Position numbers and translations under genes: made by a program. Below are positions 29,411 through 39,044 of a DNA stretch of 64,000 nt, piece after piece. The notes beneath the pieces were generated by a model. The model was given only the letters and a program-made list of their open reading frames with translations. It made no database searches and had not been told where the DNA came from. This DNA comes from an uncultured Candidatus Saccharibacteria bacterium (GTDB lineage: Bacteria; Patescibacteriota; Minisyncoccia; UBA6257; 2-01-FULL-56-20), in the NCBI GenBank assembly GCA_964456235.1, contig CAYWDX010000002.1:14061-78060 (forward strand). Reading direction: 5' to 3'. Every line of letters begins with the position of its first letter. Within the stretch, counting starts at the first letter, position 1.

Positions 29411-30589
29411 TCATTGATACTGCACGTAAATCGGTTGCGGCGCCAGTTTGAAAACTTCCGCCGGCGTCATGAGGTGCCCAGCGCGCGCATCATTTTTATA
29501 GAAAAGCTTGATGCCAGTAAATTGGACTGGGTAGGCCTGCACGAAATCGTGGTAACTCGTAATCTTCTTTGATATAGAACCAAATCCATCCATATTCATC
29601 ACGATCTGTACTTCGGGAAGTCGTATGATCTTTGCTGAATTGGTGACCATGGCCTGCGTGAAGCGGTGCACCACGAGAACCTTGGGCGGCAAATTATTTT
29701 GGCGAACGAGGTTGGCAAGATATTGCGCGACAAAATTGATATCGGCGGCATCGAGCGAACCGATCACGGTTCCAGGGCGAGCCCCGCCGTGCATGGCAAA
29801 CTCGGGATCAAGCGCGAGATGGACCTGCGGCAGTTTTAGGTATTTTTCGAGCAGGGGGATTTCGGTTTGCACGTTACTCAAGCCGACCTGCACGTCGAGA
29901 ATCACGATGCCGTTCGCTTGCGCCGCCATCTGGATGGCTTTTTGAATTTGGCTATCGGGCATGCGCGCGCGATATTTGCCGTCGGTTCCCGCACTCGCCT
30001 GCGCCGTCACGGCAATGTATTCAATAGCAGGCAGCGTCGGCGTTGAGGTGTCGGCGGCCTGCCACAGGGCACTCGTACTCGCGAGCATCTGCAAGACTTG
30101 CGCCGGCGGATATTCACCCAACACGCCCATTTGCGCAGAATAGAAATTACCGTAGTAGGCGACGATGCGCCTAAAAGGCAGAATGGCGCCACCATTGGGA
30201 TACACCGTTTTGACCGGCCACCCGACGGGGATCGTCGAGGTGGTAATAATAGTAGAAGATGGCGTAGAGCTTGTCGCCCTTATCCTTTGGATATGTTGGA
30301 TGGTGGTCAGGTTCGCCAATTGTAAAAGTTTCGCATCGTATGCGGCCTGATCGAGTGGGGGATATACCGGCGCCAGTGCCGTCCCTGGCGTGCCGGTTGG
30401 GGTCGCCGTACCCGTCGCGCCTGCCGTATTCGTCGCGTTCGCCGAATCAGCATTTCCAATCATGATCGCGCGCGGAAATTTCGCGAGCGTAAAGACGATC
30501 AAAAGAAAGGCGCATGCGCCTCCGGCAAATGCAACCAAAACCTTCTTGCTCATCTTTTGCATTCTCGCCTGTATTGCAGATTTATTCAA
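29411..30589 (-). CDS. Hypothetical exported protein
   Basis: N-terminal signal anchor, a Thr/Ala/Gly-rich linker, and an alternating beta/alpha pattern. No firm motif. Confidence 0.5.
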   Translation of the reverse strand: MNKSAIQARMQKMSKKVLVAFAGGACAFLLIVFTLAKFPRAIMIGNADSANATNTAGATGTATPTGTPGTALAPVYPPLDQAAYDAKLLQLANLTTIQHIQRIRATSSTPSSTIITTSTIPVGWPVKTVYPNGGAILPFRRIVAYYGNFYSAQMGVLGEYPPAQVLQMLASTSALWQAADTSTPTLPAIEYIAVTAQASAGTDGKYRARMPDSQIQKAIQMAAQANGIVILDVQVGLSNVQTEIPLLEKYLKLPQVHLALDPEFAMHGGARPGTVIGSLDAADINFVAQYLANLVRQNNLPPKVLVVHRFTQAMVTNSAKIIRLPEVQIVMNMDGFGSISKKITSYHDFVQAYPVQFTGIKLFYKNDARAGHLMTPAEVFKLAPQPIYVQYQ

Positions 30590-30621
30590 CCTCTTTTATA
30601 TTGTTGTGAGAGGAGATCATA

Positions 30622-30831
30622 ATGCTTCGTCTTGAGCTAAAAGAAGATTACCGCGCGAAACTTCCGCCGCAGTTCCACCAGGCAATCGACGACATGGCGG
30701 TTGGGTTCGATGGGTTACGGGAGACGGTTGAAGAGCTGAACGTGAAGGCGCTCCCGGAGGATCCTTTTCAGGAATGGCGTGGCGCGCTGTTCTATAAAGG
30801 AATGATTATCGGTACCATCCGGGCGAGCTAG
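30622..30831 (+). CDS. Small hypothetical protein (69 aa)
   Basis: Strong Shine-Dalgarno sequence GAGAGGAG 6 nt upstream of the ATG, and an intrinsic terminator downstream. Confidence 0.4.
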   Translation: MLRLELKEDYRAKLPPQFHQAIDDMAVGFDGLRETVEELNVKALPEDPFQEWRGALFYKGMIIGTIRAS

Positions 30832-30856
30832 ACAAAACAGCAGTCATCAGATTTAA

Positions 30857-30883
30857 GGGACGAGCAATCGTCCCTTCTTGCTT
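30857..30883 (+). terminator. Rho-independent terminator
   Basis: GGGACG-AGCAAT-CGTCCC hairpin followed by TTCTTGCTT. Confidence 0.5.
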
Positions 30884-30914
30884 CAAGCGGGGGCGTTTGA
30901 TATAGTAATCCGCA

Positions 30915-32162
30915 ATGAGGCGTCATCCAGGCCTTTTTTTAACGATTATTGTAGTCGTCGCAATTGCGGCCGGATTCTTTGTTTATCCAGGCGGAGTCAG
31001 TTCAACATGGCGACCGTGGCACCTCGGGCTTGATCTTGTCGGCGGCAGCCATCTCGTATATCAAATCGACCTCTCGAAAGTGAATACGGGCGATCAGGAT
31101 TCGGTTATTCAGGGTTTGCGTGACGTAATCGAAAAGAGAGTAAATCTTTTTGGGGTGAGCGAGCCGCAGGTTTACACCGCACAGTCTGGGAACCAAGCGC
31201 AGCTCATCGTTGATCTTGCGGGTGTCAAAAATGTGAGCGATGCCATCAACGAAATTGGCCAGACGCCGTCCCTCGATTTCCGCGAGGTTGAGCAAGCAAC
31301 GAGCTCTACACAGCCGCAATATATTTACACCAACCTGACGGGGGAATATATCACCGGCGCCCAGCTTGCCTTTGACCCGAACACGGGAGCGCCACAGGTT
31401 CAAATCACGTTTAACAACGCCGGCGCAACCATTTTTGAAAAAATCACTGCGGCGAATGTCGGTAAGCCACTCGCGATTTTTTTGGATGATCAGTTGATCG
31501 AAGCGCCCGTCGTGCAGCAAGCAATCAGTGGCGGGAAAGCCGTGATCAGCGGTAATTTTACGCTTGATACGGCCCGGACACTCGTCGAGCGCTTCAACGC
31601 CGGCGCCCTTCCCGCACCGATCACGTTGATCAACCAGCAAACCGTGAGCCCCACGCTCGGCGCACATTCTTTAAACAAGATGATTGTCGCCGCCATCGCT
31701 GGAACGCTCATCGTGATGCTCTTTATGCTCTTCTATTACCGGCTACTCGGACTTTTTGCTTCACTCGCACTCATTATCTATATCGTGCTCACGCTCGGTA
31801 TTTTCAAAATCGTTCCAGTTACCTTGAGCTTGTCAGGCCTGGCCGGCTTCGTCCTCACGATTGGCATGGCGGTTGATGCGAACATCCTCATCTTCGAGCG
31901 CATTAAAGAAGAATTAAAACGTGGCTTGCCAAAGCACTCGGCGATCGAAGAGGGTTTTCGCCGGGCCTGGCCTTCGATCCGCGACTCCAACGCGTCCACT
32001 ATTATTACGGCTGTTATTCTTTATTATTTCACCTCGAGTTTTGTGCAAGGTTTTGCGCTCACGCTGCTTATCGGTGTCCTCGTAAGCTTGTTCAGCGCGA
32101 TTACCACCACGCGGCTTTTCCTGCGCGCCTTCCTGAAAGATGCAAAACCACACCATGCTTAA
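30915..32162 (+). CDS. secD: Protein translocase subunit SecD
   Basis: N-terminal TM, periplasmic domain, and a C-terminal 5-TM block with SecD/F family motifs. Confidence 0.9.
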   Translation: MRRHPGLFLTIIVVVAIAAGFFVYPGGVSSTWRPWHLGLDLVGGSHLVYQIDLSKVNTGDQDSVIQGLRDVIEKRVNLFGVSEPQVYTAQSGNQAQLIVDLAGVKNVSDAINEIGQTPSLDFREVEQATSSTQPQYIYTNLTGEYITGAQLAFDPNTGAPQVQITFNNAGATIFEKITAANVGKPLAIFLDDQLIEAPVVQQAISGGKAVISGNFTLDTARTLVERFNAGALPAPITLINQQTVSPTLGAHSLNKMIVAAIAGTLIVMLFMLFYYRLLGLFASLALIIYIVLTLGIFKIVPVTLSLSGLAGFVLTIGMAVDANILIFERIKEELKRGLPKHSAIEEGFRRAWPSIRDSNASTIITAVILYYFTSSFVQGFALTLLIGVLVSLFSAITTTRLFLRAFLKDAKPHHA

Positions 32163-33054
32163 CATTGTTGGCAAAAAAGGGATTTGGTTCACAATTTCAG
32201 GCATCCTCATAGCGGCCTCGATTTTTGCGATCGCGCTTTACGGATTCCAACAGAGCCCAGAATTCCTTGGCGGCTCGTTATGGGCGTTTAAGATTGAGGG
32301 AAATACGCCGTCGCTCCAAACCGTTCAGGATTTTTTTGCCAACAACATGAAAATTCAGGGAGCGCAGGTCACCATGAATACCAGCGATCAATCTTTCCTC
32401 GCGCGGTTCAATGCGGTGAGTGAAAACACGCACAAACAATATCTTAATCTTACCCAAAACGAGTGGCCGTCATTCAGCGAATTAAGTTTTTCATCGATCG
32501 GGCCATCGGTTGGCGCAGGACTTAGAAAAAATGCGATGGTCGCAATCGTCCTGGTGATCATCGGCATCTCAATATATGTCGCATACGCATTCCGTAAGAC
32601 ATCGCGCCCGGTGAGTTCGTGGAAATATGGCTGGGTCACCCTCCTCACCCTCTTCCACGACGTCTGCATTCCGGCCGGACTCCTCGCGGTGCTCGGCCAT
32701 TTCGCGCACGTCGAGATCGATACGAATTTTATCGTCGCGTTACTCGTCGTGATGGGCTTCTCGGTGCACGACACGATCGTCGTGTTTGACCGCACGCGCG
32801 AAAATCTCGTGACGCGCCGGGGCAAATCATCGTTTGCAACCATCGTGAACGACAGCGTGAACCAATCGCTCGCGCGTTCGATCAATACTTCACTCGCCCT
32901 TATCTTCGTGCTTCTCGCGATGTACTTCGTGGGACCCGCCGACCTCAAATATTTTGTCCTGACGCTCCTCGTCGGCGTGACCACCGGCATCTATTCATCG
33001 ATTTTCGTGGCCAGCCCGATCCTTGTACTCCTCAAGCCGAAGAACGAGCAATAA
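32155..33054 (+). CDS. secF: Protein translocase subunit SecF
   Basis: SecF 6-TM topology. Overlaps the secD 3' end. Confidence 0.9.
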   Translation: MLNIVGKKGIWFTISGILIAASIFAIALYGFQQSPEFLGGSLWAFKIEGNTPSLQTVQDFFANNMKIQGAQVTMNTSDQSFLARFNAVSENTHKQYLNLTQNEWPSFSELSFSSIGPSVGAGLRKNAMVAIVLVIIGISIYVAYAFRKTSRPVSSWKYGWVTLLTLFHDVCIPAGLLAVLGHFAHVEIDTNFIVALLVVMGFSVHDTIVVFDRTRENLVTRRGKSSFATIVNDSVNQSLARSINTSLALIFVLLAMYFVGPADLKYFVLTLLVGVTTGIYSSIFVASPILVLLKPKNEQ

Positions 33055-33131
33055 CGGGCAATCCACAGCCGACGTTGACATTATCGGTAAAAATGATGTA
33101 TATTATTTAGGTCAAAACTGACGAAAAACCT

Positions 33132-34166
33132 ATGCCGATAATGACAAAAATCATTAATGCCGCATTGGCAAACCTGAAGCCCCGCCAAAAAGAAGTGGTG
33201 GCGGCCCGCTTCGGGCTCGAAAAAGAAGGCGGCGAAGGGGAGACGCTTGCTTCGATCGGCGACCGCTTGAAGGTTACGCGTGAACGCGTTCGGCAGATTG
33301 AGGCGAGCGGCATTGCGCTGGCGAAGAAAAGTGTCGCCGAAAATGCCGAAACGACGGCGGTCCTCGAAAAATTAAAGAAATATATTGCTGGCCTCGGCGG
33401 GGTCGCCAAGAAATCCGACGTCATCGACTACGTGACCACCCTCGCGAAGGGAATTCGTCCGAACCAACTCGACTTCCTCGCGGAAGTTTCGAATGCATTC
33501 AAGTTGTATCGGGAAGATGAAAATTTCGTTCCGTTTTATTACATCGGCAACCGCGAATTAAAAGAAGCAAAAGCGTTTGTTGAAAATTGGGTTTCGACGC
33601 TGCGCTCGCGCAAAGACAAAATAATGGATGGTGCCTACCAGGTACAGCTTGCCAGTTTCTTGAAGACCAAGACTATGGCGAGCGTTGTCGGCGAAAATTA
33701 TTTGGGAATTGCGAAGCACGTTGGCCAGAATCCGTATGGTGATCGGGGCCTTCGCGAGTGGCCGGAAATTCAGCCGGCGACCGTACGCGATAAGATTTAT
33801 CTCGTCCTCAAAAAGAAAGGCGCTCCACTTCACTTTGAAGATATCGCAAAACACATCAACAAAATGAAATTCGATGAACAGGCGGCGCTCGCTCCAACGG
33901 TCCACAATGAACTCATCAAGGATGAGCGTTTTGTGCTCGTCGGCCGGGGTATGTACGGCCTTCGCGAGCACGGCTACGAGCCGGGCACCGCGCGCGAAGT
34001 TATCGCCAAAGTGCTCAAGATCGAAGGGCCGCTTCGGGCGAACGATGTGTTGCAGGCGGTGAGCAAGCAGCGTTTCTTTAAGCAGAACACCGTACTGATC
34101 AACCTTCAGAATCGAAATTATTTTGAACGGATGTCCGACGGGCGCTATCGCGTCCGCGAGGCCTAA
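33132..34166 (+). CDS. DNA-binding protein with an N-terminal sigma-70 region-4-like HTH and a C-terminal HARE-HTH-like domain
   Basis: KEVVAARFGL...TLASIGDRLKVTRERVRQIEASGI matches the region-4 pattern. The C-terminal AREVIAKVLKIEGPLRANDVLQAV resembles HARE-HTH. Confidence 0.55.
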   Translation: MPIMTKIINAALANLKPRQKEVVAARFGLEKEGGEGETLASIGDRLKVTRERVRQIEASGIALAKKSVAENAETTAVLEKLKKYIAGLGGVAKKSDVIDYVTTLAKGIRPNQLDFLAEVSNAFKLYREDENFVPFYYIGNRELKEAKAFVENWVSTLRSRKDKIMDGAYQVQLASFLKTKTMASVVGENYLGIAKHVGQNPYGDRGLREWPEIQPATVRDKIYLVLKKKGAPLHFEDIAKHINKMKFDEQAALAPTVHNELIKDERFVLVGRGMYGLREHGYEPGTAREVIAKVLKIEGPLRANDVLQAVSKQRFFKQNTVLINLQNRNYFERMSDGRYRVREA

Positions 34167-34218
34167 ACGCTTCGGTGCGCCTAAGTTTCGCTGAATCTTG
34201 TAATATTAATAGAAGAAT

Positions 34219-35526
34219 ATGGCACAGAATATCACCTCGTTTTTGAGTCTCCCGCCGGCGTTCGCCCCCTTTCTCGCGAGCGTGCTGGAGGTTTGGGATG
34301 TCGTTTGGTGGCTCGTCCTCCTCGCCATCACCAGTATCTTTTTTTGGGAGGCCTGGCTTCTCTATCTCGGCTGGCGGTGGGCCCGCGGCCTAAACTTCAA
34401 GCTGCTTGAAATTAAAGTACCTAAAAATATCCTTAAAACTCCTAAAGCGATGGAGCAGATTTTTGCCGCCGCGCATGCGCCCTATTCATATGGCATTCGT
34501 CCGTTCGATTATTACTGGAAGGGGCAGCGTGAATCGTGGATGTCATTTGAACTCATCGGCAAGGCGGGGGAGAGCCGCTTTTATCTTCGCGTTCCGGCGA
34601 AACTGCGCAACATGATGGAGTCGGCAATCTATAGCCAATACCCGGAAGCAGAAATTAACGAAGCGGAAGATTATTTGCACGCGATGCCGCACATCATTCC
34701 CAATAAAGATTTCACGTGCGAAGGATTTGAGGAAGAATTGCGCCACGAGGATTATCTGCCGCTCCGCACCTACCCCCTGTTTGAAGATCCAACCGAAGAG
34801 CGCCGCGTCGATACCATCGGCGGATTACTCGAGGTCATGTCAAAATTGCGAGGAGATGAACAGATCTGGTTACAGATCATCATCGTTCCAACCGGCGAAG
34901 ATTTCAGAAAGGAGGGCGAAGAGGCGATCAACGAGATTCTCCATATTGAAGATGAAGAAAAGAAAAGCCCCAGCATATTTCCCAGTCTTGACCTGGGTGT
35001 TTCGCTGGGCGACGCATTGACGGCTCCTTTTAAACATCCAGAACCCGCCCAGGAACGCAAAGAAGAGCGCGAGCAAAAATTGCGCTTTTTGGTCGCAACC
35101 CACGAGAAGGAACGCGCGGAGGCGATCCAACGAAAGATTGCAAAGCTCGCGTTCCACGCGACCGTCCGGTTTTTGGTCATCGATCGCAAGGAACAACCGG
35201 CGCGACAGGAATTTATCATGCCGCTCCATGGCTATATGCGACAATTCAACACTCAAGACTTAAACTCGCTGAAGCCGACCAAGGCTACGACGACGGCGAG
35301 CTATGCCGTGCGCGGCCTGTTCAAGAAACGCCGCATCCATTGGCGCCAACGCTCGCTCTATGAGCACTATTATTTCATCGTGCCGGCACATCATGCCTCG
35401 ATTCTGAATATCGAAGAGCTGGCGACAATATTCCACTTCCCAACGACCACCGTCGCGACGAGCGAACTCGAAAAGGTGGAGTCGCGCAAAGGAACCCCGC
35501 CGGCGGCGCTCCCGCTCGCCGAATAA
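34219..35526 (+). CDS. Membrane protein (N-terminal 1-2 TM plus a 380-aa cytoplasmic domain), partner of the downstream TraD-like ATPase
   Basis: The hydrophobic N-terminus VVWWLVLLAITSIFFWEAWLLYLGW is followed by a charged Glu/Lys/Arg-rich soluble domain. Lies 21 nt upstream of the ATPase. Confidence 0.55.
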   Translation: MAQNITSFLSLPPAFAPFLASVLEVWDVVWWLVLLAITSIFFWEAWLLYLGWRWARGLNFKLLEIKVPKNILKTPKAMEQIFAAAHAPYSYGIRPFDYYWKGQRESWMSFELIGKAGESRFYLRVPAKLRNMMESAIYSQYPEAEINEAEDYLHAMPHIIPNKDFTCEGFEEELRHEDYLPLRTYPLFEDPTEERRVDTIGGLLEVMSKLRGDEQIWLQIIIVPTGEDFRKEGEEAINEILHIEDEEKKSPSIFPSLDLGVSLGDALTAPFKHPEPAQERKEEREQKLRFLVATHEKERAEAIQRKIAKLAFHATVRFLVIDRKEQPARQEFIMPLHGYMRQFNTQDLNSLKPTKATTTASYAVRGLFKKRRIHWRQRSLYEHYYFIVPAHHASILNIEELATIFHFPTTTVATSELEKVESRKGTPPAALPLAE

Positions 35527-35547
35527 TTTTTTGTTATCACCGCCACC

Positions 35548-37197
35548 ATGCAGATTATGGATGAAAATGTAATCACGCCACTCGGCATCACAAATGCCCG
35601 GGGCACCAAAAAGAAATTCGGCGTCAAAATCGATGACCGCCGCCGCCACGTCTATGTGGTTGGAAAAACTGGTGTCGGCAAAACGACGCTTTTAGAAAAT
35701 ATGGCGATTTCCGACATGGAAAGCGGGAAGGGCGTTGCCATCATCGATCCGCACGGCGAATTTGCAGAAAAAATGCTCAACTTCGTCCCCGAGAACCGCC
35801 TCGACGACGTGATCTATTTTGATCCGTCCGATATCGAAAATCCTATTGCATTTAACCCGATGGAGCAGGTGGGGACCGAGTTCCGGCACCTGGTCGCTTC
35901 GGGCATCATGGGTGTTTTTAAAAAGATCTGGCCCGACGCCTGGTCGGCGCGCATGGAATATATTTTGAACAATACCTTGCTCGCGCTCCTCGAATATCCC
36001 GGGTCAACGCTCCTCGGCATCCTGCGCATGTTTGCCGAGCCGAACTATCGCAAGAAAATCGTTGATAACTTGAAGGATCCGGTCATCAAAGCATTCTGGC
36101 AGAACGAATTTGCACGCTACACGCAGCGGCTCGAAACCGAAGCGCTCGCCGCGATCCAAAACAAGGTGGGTCAGTTTGTTTCAAACCCACTCATCCGTAA
36201 CATCCTCGGGCAGTCGCGCTCAGCGCTCAACATGCGCGAGATTATGGACCAGGGAAAAATCCTTATCGTAAACCTTTCGAAGGGCAAGATGGGCGAAGAT
36301 AATTCTGCGCTCCTCGGCGCCATGATCATCACCCGGCTCCAGCTCGCCGCCATGTCGCGGGTCGACGTGGAAGAATCGAAGCGTCGCGACTTTTTCATGT
36401 ATGTCGACGAGTTCCAGAACTTCGCAACCGAATCATTCGCAGGGATTTTGTCTGAAGCACGCAAATACCGCTTGAGCTTGGTGCTCGCCCATCAATACAT
36501 CGGCCAATTGGTTACCGACCAGTCAACGCGGGTGCGCGATGCCGTTTTTGGAAACGTCGGGACCATCGTCACATTCCGAGTTGGCGCCCCTGACGCGGAA
36601 TTTCTCGAAAAAGAATTTATGCCCGAGTTTATGCAGCAAGATCTCGTTAATCTTGCCAAAGCCAATATTTATATAAAATTAATGATTGACGGCGTGGCTT
36701 CGCGGCCATTTTCGGCGACCACCATAGCGCCCAAAGCGTTGCCGCTCGCCTCATATCGCGACGTCATCATCCAAAATAGTCAGAAGCGCTACGGAACGCC
36801 GCGGCGGGTCGTTGAGGAACGCATCGCGGGGGAATGGGCCGCAACGAGCGAAGACATGATCCGAGAAAAATTGGGGCGTCAAAACGAGCGGAATCTTGAC
36901 GCGACGCTTGCTCCGCGGGGCGAGCGTTCAGACACGCAACCTGGTAGGGGCGCGCCTCGAACACCGCAAATAACAGAACGCCGCGCTGGTATGGAGCGTC
37001 GTGGCGAGGGGGAGTCGGCTTCGGCAGGCGAAGGTGAGCGCCCCAGAAAACCGGCCGCGCCATTGAGAGCTAAACCGAGCGCACCAAAACAATTTCCTAA
37101 ATCAAATGTCGATATCAACGAGCTTCGCCGCGCGATTAGTGATTCCTTGAGTGACCATGACCAAGAAAAAAAAGATCAGCCAGAAGCGGGCGGGTAA
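35548..37197 (+). CDS. TraD/VirD4/TrwB-family (FtsK-HerA superfamily) P-loop ATPase. Soluble, with a disordered basic C-terminal tail.
   Basis: Walker A VVGKTGVGKTT, an IIDPHGEF block, Walker B FFMYVDEFQNF, and an LVLAHQY motif. No TM segments. Confidence 0.7.
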   Translation: MQIMDENVITPLGITNARGTKKKFGVKIDDRRRHVYVVGKTGVGKTTLLENMAISDMESGKGVAIIDPHGEFAEKMLNFVPENRLDDVIYFDPSDIENPIAFNPMEQVGTEFRHLVASGIMGVFKKIWPDAWSARMEYILNNTLLALLEYPGSTLLGILRMFAEPNYRKKIVDNLKDPVIKAFWQNEFARYTQRLETEALAAIQNKVGQFVSNPLIRNILGQSRSALNMREIMDQGKILIVNLSKGKMGEDNSALLGAMIITRLQLAAMSRVDVEESKRRDFFMYVDEFQNFATESFAGILSEARKYRLSLVLAHQYIGQLVTDQSTRVRDAVFGNVGTIVTFRVGAPDAEFLEKEFMPEFMQQDLVNLAKANIYIKLMIDGVASRPFSATTIAPKALPLASYRDVIIQNSQKRYGTPRRVVEERIAGEWAATSEDMIREKLGRQNERNLDATLAPRGERSDTQPGRGAPRTPQITERRAGMERRGEGESASAGEGERPRKPAAPLRAKPSAPKQFPKSNVDINELRRAISDSLSDHDQEKKDQPEAGG

Positions 37198-37825
37198 AAA
37201 ATTCCACCTCCTCACGGTCTTCCCGCAGATCGCCGGTTCCTATATACAGGAATCGTTTTTGAAACGGGCGCAAGAGAAAAAACTGGTAACGATCGTGTCG
37301 CACGACATCCGCAAATTTACCCGCGACAAACACAAGAAGGTGGATGATCGACCGTTTGGCGGGGGACCGGGCATGGTTCTAAAAGTCCAACCCATCGCCG
37401 ACGCCGTGAAGCAGATTATTTCGCGATCCAAAATTCCGGCAAAAAAGCGGCGCACCATTCTCTTTTCACTGCGCGGGAAGAAGCTGAATCACACCCTGGT
37501 GCGCCGACTGCTGCGCTACGATGAACTCATTCTTATTTGTGGCCGCTACGAAGGCGTTGACGAGCGCGTCGCGGAGCATGTTGCGGACGAAGAAATCTCG
37601 CTTGGCGATTTCGTGCTGTCGGGCGGCGAACTGCCGGCGCTCGTGTTGATTGAGGCGGTATGCCGCTACATCCCAGGATTTCTCGGCAAGCAGGAATCGC
37701 TCGAAGATATCAAGGGATCGTATCCAACCTATACTCGCCCAGAAAAAATCGGCCAGTGGAAGGTGCCAGGGGTGCTTTTGAGCGGTAACCATCGCAAAAT
37801 CGCCGAATGGCGACGCAAACATTAA
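37151..37825 (+). CDS. trmD: tRNA (guanine37-N1)-methyltransferase
   Basis: SPOUT knot motifs (RPFGGGPGMVLK, ICGRYEGVDERV, SLGDFVLSGGELPA). The start overlaps the upstream ATPase tail. Confidence 0.9.
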   Translation: MTMTKKKKISQKRAGKKFHLLTVFPQIAGSYIQESFLKRAQEKKLVTIVSHDIRKFTRDKHKKVDDRPFGGGPGMVLKVQPIADAVKQIISRSKIPAKKRRTILFSLRGKKLNHTLVRRLLRYDELILICGRYEGVDERVAEHVADEEISLGDFVLSGGELPALVLIEAVCRYIPGFLGKQESLEDIKGSYPTYTRPEKIGQWKVPGVLLSGNHRKIAEWRRKH

Positions 37826-37879
37826 TGGTAAGGCAGCGGCTTTAGGAAAAATTTAACCCCGCTGCGCTAGTATTGCCGA

Positions 37880-38998
37880 ATGCATGAACGGTGGCACCCG
37901 GCCGATTTTGCGTTCGGAATCGCCCTTTCTTTTATCTGGGGCATTGCTATCGCAAGTTTCAATTTGCCAATGCCGATGATCGTCATTCCATCGCTTGTGG
38001 CAACGGCCAGTTCAATTACGATGGGCCGCGGTAGCTTGGCCGAAATAATAACTCTGCTCGTTACAACCGTTGGCGGAATTTTCTATTTCAATCACTATGC
38101 GCCGCGAACATTTCCAACCCTGCCCATTCAGGCATCATTTGCTTCGTTGAAGCGGATCTTTATCGCGAATATTTATACTGCGTTGCCCGACGATCAAGCC
38201 GCGCTCCTTGCCGGGATATTATTTGGCGATAAAACAAGCTTGCCTGCAACGTTAAAAACGGACCTCGGCGCATCCGGCGTGTCGCACCTCGTCGCGGTTT
38301 CCGGCTACAACATTAGCATTATATTGCTCACGGTCCGTCAAGTGTTAGGCAGATTTTTGAATCGCCGCAGGACGTTTTGGGGTGCCATCATTTTTCTTGG
38401 TGCATTCATGCTCATGATCGGCGTCCAGATATCTGCGATCCGCGCTTCGGTTATGGCGGTCTTCACGCTCGTCGCGCGCGAAATCGGGGAGCCATTTCAA
38501 ATGCGGAACCCGTTAGTATTTTGCGCGGTCGCCATGCTTCTTATTAATCCAACACTCATGGCGCAGAATATTGGATTTGTCCTTTCGTTCTCCGCAATAA
38601 TCGGCATCGTCTACCTCCGGCCCGCCCTCGTTTCGCTTTTCACTATCGAAACGCGCGGGTGGAAAGACGCCGCCACAACCAGCCTCTCTGCTGAATTAAT
38701 GATCTTGCCGATCGTAAGCGCTGCGTTTGGGAATCCCTCCGCACTATCGATTGCCGCAAACCTTCTCATCTTGCCAACGGTTCCGCTTGCCATGCTCCTT
38801 GGCGCCATGGTCATCGCTACAAAATGGGCGGCCCCATTGGTTGGACCGATCCTCATCTATCAACTTTTCATCATTCACGCCATCGCAAACGCAGGAATCC
38901 CAATTCCGTTGAAATTCAACAGGGCAGCGATTCTCGTCCTTTATTACGGCATAGTCGCGGCACTCATCATCTACTCGCACATCAGGAAGCGAGGATAG
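37880..38998 (+). CDS. comEC: ComEC/Rec2-family DNA internalisation channel (competence domain only, no metallo-beta-lactamase domain)
   Basis: Polytopic membrane protein with the LLAGILFGDKTSLP...SGVSHLVAVSGYNISI competence-domain signature. Confidence 0.8.
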   Translation: MHERWHPADFAFGIALSFIWGIAIASFNLPMPMIVIPSLVATASSITMGRGSLAEIITLLVTTVGGIFYFNHYAPRTFPTLPIQASFASLKRIFIANIYTALPDDQAALLAGILFGDKTSLPATLKTDLGASGVSHLVAVSGYNISIILLTVRQVLGRFLNRRRTFWGAIIFLGAFMLMIGVQISAIRASVMAVFTLVAREIGEPFQMRNPLVFCAVAMLLINPTLMAQNIGFVLSFSAIIGIVYLRPALVSLFTIETRGWKDAATTSLSAELMILPIVSAAFGNPSALSIAANLLILPTVPLAMLLGAMVIATKWAAPLVGPILIYQLFIIHAIANAGIPIPLKFNRAAILVLYYGIVAALIIYSHIRKRG

Positions 38999-39044
38999 AG
39001 ATCGCCGAAAGCCAGCAGCTTTCATTTTCTGCTATAATTTCCAT

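Noticed and set aside
35260-35649. Minus-strand 129-aa ORF spanning the membrane-protein/ATPase junction
   Set aside because: It is antisense to two well-supported co-directional genes and has Arg-rich junk composition.
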